DNA from: Alkanindiges sp. WGS2144
GTDB taxonomy: Bacteria; Pseudomonadota; Gammaproteobacteria; Pseudomonadales; Moraxellaceae
Length of the DNA: 32,000 nucleotides
Assembly (NCBI RefSeq): GCF_043950625.1
Contig: NZ_CP171007.1
Reading direction: 5' to 3' (one strand)
Under the pieces are notes generated by a model. It saw only the letters and a program-made list of their open reading frames with translations. It was not told where the DNA came from and made no database searches. Of the stretch, positions 26,922-32,000 are shown one piece after another; position 1 is the stretch's first letter; the number at the start of each line of letters is the position of its first letter. Position numbers and translations under genes: made by a program.

Positions 26922-28394
26922 TCAACCCAGCAATTGCTTCATCAACTGATTCACCTGCGCCGGGTTGGCTTTGCCTTTGGAGGCTTTCATCACCTGGCCG
27001 ACCAGACCATTAAAGGCTTTTTCCTTGCCGGACTTGTATTCTTCCACCATTTTCTCATTGGCGGCCAGCACGTCCTTGATAATGGCCTCAATAGCACCAG
27101 TATCGGTTTCCTGCTTTAAGCCTTTTTCCTCAATAATCTGGTCAGCGGTTTTTCCCGTTCCTTCTGCCATCTCGGCAAACACCTGCTTGGCAATTTTACC
27201 GCTAATGGTATTGTCCACAATGCGGGCAATCAGGCCACCCAGCTGTTCAGGGCTGACGGGTGACTCGGTGATGTCTTTATCGACCTTGTTTAAGCCACCC
27301 AGCAAGTCGCCCATAACCCAGTTGGCCGCCTGTTTGGCCTGTTTTTCACCACCAGCTGCCTGCACCGTGGCCTCATAAAAGTCAGCCAGCTCGCGTGAAG
27401 CTGTCAGGATACGGGAATCATATTCGGGCAATTGATATTGCGCAGCAAAACGTTCGCGGCGGGCAGCCGGAAGTTCAGGTAACTCTGAGCGAATCTGTTC
27501 AATTTGTGCTTCAGAAATTTCTACCGGCAACAGGTCAGGGTCGGGAAAGTAGCGGTAATCGTTGGCTTCTTCCTTAGAGCGCATGCTGCGGGTTTCATTT
27601 TTGTTGGGGTCATACAGGCGGGTTTCCTGTATTACCTTGCCACCGCTTTCAATCAGGTCAATTTGCCGTTCAATTTCGGCCTCAATAGCGCGTTCAATAA
27701 AGCGGAACGAGTTGATATTTTTGAGTTCGCAGCGGGTACCAAATTCATCACCCGGCTGGCGAATGGACACGTTACAGTCACAGCGGAATGAACCTTCGGC
27801 CATGTTGCCATCACTAATGCCCAGCCAGCGTACCAGCGCATGAATGGTGCGCACATAAGCCACTGCTTCGGCACTTGAGCGCATATCTGGTTCGGACACA
27901 ATTTCCAGCAATGGCGTACCGGCACGATTCAAGTCAATGCCGGTCATGCCAGCAAAATCCTCATGCAGCGATTTACCGGCATCTTCTTCCAGATGGGCAC
28001 GGGTCACGCCAATACGTTTGGTTGAGCCATCTTCCAGCTGGATATCGACAAAACCCTGACCAACAATGGGATGATCCATCTGGCTAATCTGGTAGCCTTT
28101 AGGCAAATCGGGATAAAAGTAGTTTTTGCGGGCAAAAATAGAGGCCCGACAAATATCGGCGTTAATGCCCAGACCAAAACGAATCGCCTTGTTGACGACT
28201 TCGCGGTTCAACACTGGCAATACACCGGGCAGGGCCAGATCAATCAAGCTGGCCTGGGTATTGGGTTCGGCACCAAAAGCGGTCGAGCTACCGGAAAAAA
28301 TCTTGCTGTTGGTATTCAGCTGGCAATGAATTTCCAGACCAATGACTATTTCCCAGCCGTGTACCAGTTTGGAGGTAGTTTTTGCTTGAGCCAT
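26922..28394 (-). CDS. gatB: Asp-tRNA(Asn)/Glu-tRNA(Gln) amidotransferase subunit B
   Basis: [40 protein letters not shown] and [10 protein letters not shown], plus a C-terminal YqeY-like tail. Its ATG shares one nt with the gatA stop (TAATG at 28396-28392). Confidence 0.96.
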   Translation of the reverse strand: MAQAKTTSKLVHGWEIVIGLEIHCQLNTNSKIFSGSSTAFGAEPNTQASLIDLALPGVLPVLNREVVNKAIRFGLGINADICRASIFARKNYFYPDLPKGYQISQMDHPIVGQGFVDIQLEDGSTKRIGVTRAHLEEDAGKSLHEDFAGMTGIDLNRAGTPLLEIVSEPDMRSSAEAVAYVRTIHALVRWLGISDGNMAEGSFRCDCNVSIRQPGDEFGTRCELKNINSFRFIERAIEAEIERQIDLIESGGKVIQETRLYDPNKNETRSMRSKEEANDYRYFPDPDLLPVEISEAQIEQIRSELPELPAARRERFAAQYQLPEYDSRILTASRELADFYEATVQAAGGEKQAKQAANWVMGDLLGGLNKVDKDITESPVSPEQLGGLIARIVDNTISGKIAKQVFAEMAEGTGKTADQIIEEKGLKQETDTGAIEAIIKDVLAANEKMVEEYKSGKEKAFNGLVGQVMKASKGKANPAQVNQLMKQLLG

Positions 28395-29914
28395 TATTCA
28401 TTCTCCTGCTTGCTGGTGGACTGGGTGATTAAAGGCGAGCGTTGCAAATGCCAGTCGGTGTGTTGCTGGTATTGGTGAGCCAGTGCCAGTAATGTGCTTT
28501 CAGACCAGTAATTGCCAATAAGTTGCAGGCCAACAGGCAGTTTGTTTTCATCCACTCCGACCGGTACGCTCATGGCAGGTAGACCCGCCAGATTCACCCC
28601 GATGGTATACACATCGCCTAAATACATGCTGACTGGGTCTTGTTTGGCACCAATCTGGTAGGCGGTACTTGGCGTAGTAGGCCCGGCAATCACATCAACC
28701 TGCTCAAATGCACGTAAAAAGTCCTGCTGGATTAGACGGCGTACTTTTTGTGCTTTGACATAGTAGGCATCGTAGTAACCGGCAGATAACGCATAGGTGC
28801 CAATTAAAATACGGCGCTGTACTTCTTCACCAAATCCTTCAGCCCGTGTACGGGTATACAGGTCGGTTAAGTCCTGAGGGCTATCGCAGCGATAACCATA
28901 ACGCACGCCATCGTAGCGCGACAGGTTACTGGAGGCTTCGGCTGAGGCCAGCAGGTAGTAGGCTGGAATGGCTGCTTCTGTGGTGTCCAGATCAATTTCG
29001 ATGAGGGTTGCGCCCAGTTGTTCAAGCTGTTTGAGTGCCGCATCAACCCGGTTTTGAATGGCACCATGCAGGCCATTGTGACCAAAATATTGCCGTGGCA
29101 GGCCAATACGCAGGCCTTTTAAAGGCTTGTTTAAACTGGTCGCATAATCGTCTACCGGGCGGTCAACGCTGGTGGAATCCCTGGGGTCATGCCCGGCCAT
29201 TACTCCCAGCAAATAGGCACAATCTTCGGCAGAGCGTGCCATGGGACCCGCCTGATCAAAACTTGACGCATAAGCAATCATGCCAAAGCGTGAAACACGA
29301 CCATAGGTGGGCTTGATACCGGTTAGGCCACAAAATGCTGCGGGCTGGCGAATTGAACCACCAGTATCAGTACCCGTGGCTAAGGGTGCCAGATCAGCAG
29401 CAACGGCAGCAGCAGAGCCTCCAGATGAGCCACCTGGTACATGGTCAAATGCCCATGGATTTCTAGTAGCCCCATGGTAAGAGTTTTCATTACTGGAGCC
29501 CATGGCAAACTCGTCCATATTGACCTTGCCCAGAGTAACGAGACCAGCCTGATTGCACTGTGCCACCACTGTCGCATCATAAGGTGCAATAAACGGGTTT
29601 TTTGGGTCGCCAAGCATTCTTGATCCGGCAGTGGTTTTAATACCCTGGGTACAAAAAATATCCTTATGTGCCAGAGGAATGCCGCTCAGTACGCCAGCAT
29701 TGCCCTGACTGCGAGCCTGATCAGCCGCTTTGGCCTGAGCGAGCGCCAGTTCATTGGTCACTGTGACATAACTGTTAATCTGGCCGTCAATGGCTGCAAT
29801 ACGTTGCAAATAGTGCTGAGTCAGCTCAACAGAAGAGAACTGTTTTGCCGCCAGTCCTTCGCTAAGCTGACGCACACTCAGCATATGTAAATCGGAAGGC
29901 TTTGATTGGGTCAT
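28394..29914 (-). CDS. gatA: Asp-tRNA(Asn)/Glu-tRNA(Gln) amidotransferase subunit A (amidase signature family)
   Basis: [26 protein letters not shown] and [36 protein letters not shown] form the amidase signature with the Ser-cisSer-Lys triad context. Confidence 0.96.
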   Translation of the reverse strand: MTQSKPSDLHMLSVRQLSEGLAAKQFSSVELTQHYLQRIAAIDGQINSYVTVTNELALAQAKAADQARSQGNAGVLSGIPLAHKDIFCTQGIKTTAGSRMLGDPKNPFIAPYDATVVAQCNQAGLVTLGKVNMDEFAMGSSNENSYHGATRNPWAFDHVPGGSSGGSAAAVAADLAPLATGTDTGGSIRQPAAFCGLTGIKPTYGRVSRFGMIAYASSFDQAGPMARSAEDCAYLLGVMAGHDPRDSTSVDRPVDDYATSLNKPLKGLRIGLPRQYFGHNGLHGAIQNRVDAALKQLEQLGATLIEIDLDTTEAAIPAYYLLASAEASSNLSRYDGVRYGYRCDSPQDLTDLYTRTRAEGFGEEVQRRILIGTYALSAGYYDAYYVKAQKVRRLIQQDFLRAFEQVDVIAGPTTPSTAYQIGAKQDPVSMYLGDVYTIGVNLAGLPAMSVPVGVDENKLPVGLQLIGNYWSESTLLALAHQYQQHTDWHLQRSPLITQSTSKQENE

Positions 29915-29992
29915 AATGATTCAGATATATTTTGAAAAGATAAAAATTGATAATGAAACGACTTAACAGTTGCCCGGCCAGCGGAGAGGTCT

Positions 29993-30307
29993 TTACTCAA
30001 TGACCCGCGGAACCAGATACAGGCCATCCTGAGTGGCAGGCGCAACAGCCTGATAACTGGCTCGCTGATTGGTTTCACTGACTACATCGTCCCGCAGTGG
30101 CTGGGCATGGTCAAACGGGCTTTTAAGGGGTTCAATTCCTGTGGTATCAATAGCCTGTAATGCCTGCATCAAAGACAAGACCTTATTTAAATTTTCGGCG
30201 TACTCGGCTGCCCTGGCTTCATCAATGGCCAGGCGGCTTAACATGGCGATTTTTTTAATATCGCTAGCGCTTAGTGAGTCGTTGTTCTGGTTAGTGTTTG
30301 CTGACAT
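29993..30307 (-). CDS. gatC: Asp-tRNA(Asn)/Glu-tRNA(Gln) amidotransferase subunit C
   Basis: The ~100-aa protein (IKKIAMLSRLAIDEARAAEYAENLNKVLSLMQAL...PLRDDVV) sits immediately upstream of gatA-gatB in the same orientation. Confidence 0.9.
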   Translation of the reverse strand: MSANTNQNNDSLSASDIKKIAMLSRLAIDEARAAEYAENLNKVLSLMQALQAIDTTGIEPLKSPFDHAQPLRDDVVSETNQRASYQAVAPATQDGLYLVPRVIE

Positions 30308-30395
30308 AAAATGCCCCCAGCATTGGCATAAAAAAAGGATTGCGGCACGTTATCATAAACCACGGACTTGTCCAAATAGCTTGTCTAAATAATAG

Positions 30396-31505
<1,110 letters not shown>

Positions 31506-31548
31506 TCTTTTTTGCTGGATTACTGGTTTTTAGTAAAAGGCGGTTGCG

Positions 31549-32000
31549 GTGCAATCCAATATTTTTAGCCGTCAGCCGCCAGCTTTTCGTTCTTTAACGC
31601 TGGCGCTGATAGCCTGCTTTGCGCTGATGTTTGCTGACTGGCGCTACCCACAGTTTGTGCTGCCGGCGCGGGCTTTTGTGCATCAGGCATTTAATCCCAT
31701 TTATGCAGTGGCCAATTATCCGGTATTGTCCGGCGACTGGCTGCGCCAGCAAAGCAAGTCAGAAGACCAGCTACGCCGTGAAAATACCGCCATGCGTGCC
31801 GAGTTATTACAGGCACGGGTGCGTTTGCAAAAGCTGGCAGAATTGTCGGCAGAAAATACGCGCTTGCGTGGTTTGCTCAATACGCCGCTTATTATTGATG
31901 GCCGTATGTTGATTAGCGAAATTATTGGCACCGATACTGACCCCTTGCGCCAGATTTTAATTATTAATAAAGGCCGTCATGATCAATTGCGGCAGGGGCA
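31549..32000 (+). CDS. mreC: Rod-shape-determining protein MreC (N-terminal part; runs off the 3' end of the window)
   Basis: My own translation from GTG 31549: VQSNIFSRQPPAFRSLTLALIACFALMFADWRYPQF...LRRENTAMRAELLQARVRLQKLAELSAENTRLRGLLNTP.... It shows a TM anchor plus coiled coil typical of MreC, directly downstream of mreB. It is absent from the ORF track because there is no stop inside the window. Confidence 0.85.
   Translation, partial: MQSNIFSRQPPAFRSLTLALIACFALMFADWRYPQFVLPARAFVHQAFNPIYAVANYPVLSGDWLRQQSKSEDQLRRENTAMRAELLQARVRLQKLAELSAENTRLRGLLNTPLIIDGRMLISEIIGTDTDPLRQILIINKGRHDQLRQG

Overview
The window is mostly core chromosome from a gammaproteobacterium. Protein sequences and synteny (argG / pyrC-rnt, and gatCAB divergent from mreBC) look Pseudomonadales/Moraxellaceae, Acinetobacter-like; that assignment is inference only. 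I can support 25 intact protein genes, one frameshifted MFS transporter gene and 6 tRNA genes: Arg-CCU, Glu-UUC and a Val-Asp-Asp-Val operon. I also support a yybP-ykoY (Mn2+) riboswitch with a readable terminator/antiterminator platform upstream of an Alx/TerC gene, plus several intrinsic terminators and promoters. Housekeeping genes present are pntB (5'-truncated by the window edge), proS, pyrC, rnt, argG, gatCAB, mreB and mreC (3'-truncated). The other genes are mainly transporters: an AroP-like permease, SulP, GltS, two Bcr/CflA MFS paralogs (one broken), a PACE-family exporter, DUF475 and Alx. The window also encodes a GGDEF cyclase, an OYE flavoenzyme, a YbaN-family protein, a leaderless L,D-transpeptidase-fold protein and a PiuB-like PepSY-TM/flavodoxin/FNR fusion reductase behind a candidate Fur box. 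I found no CRISPR array, integrase, transposase, phage gene, toxin-antitoxin pair or recognisable defence gene. I do not see a convincing novel multi-gene system. The best leads are: (i) the Mn2+ riboswitch platform and the DUF475-alx tandem; (ii) an AT-rich orphan secreted protein next to the broken MFS gene; (iii) the Fur-box-associated self-sufficient transmembrane reductase and the two uncharacterised membrane proteins beside it; (iv) a tRNA-Glu promoter embedded in the 3' end of rnt; and (v) a stand-alone PACE transporter whose start codon lies in a GNRA hairpin. All functional calls come from reading the translated ORFs and the DNA by eye. No database search was run.
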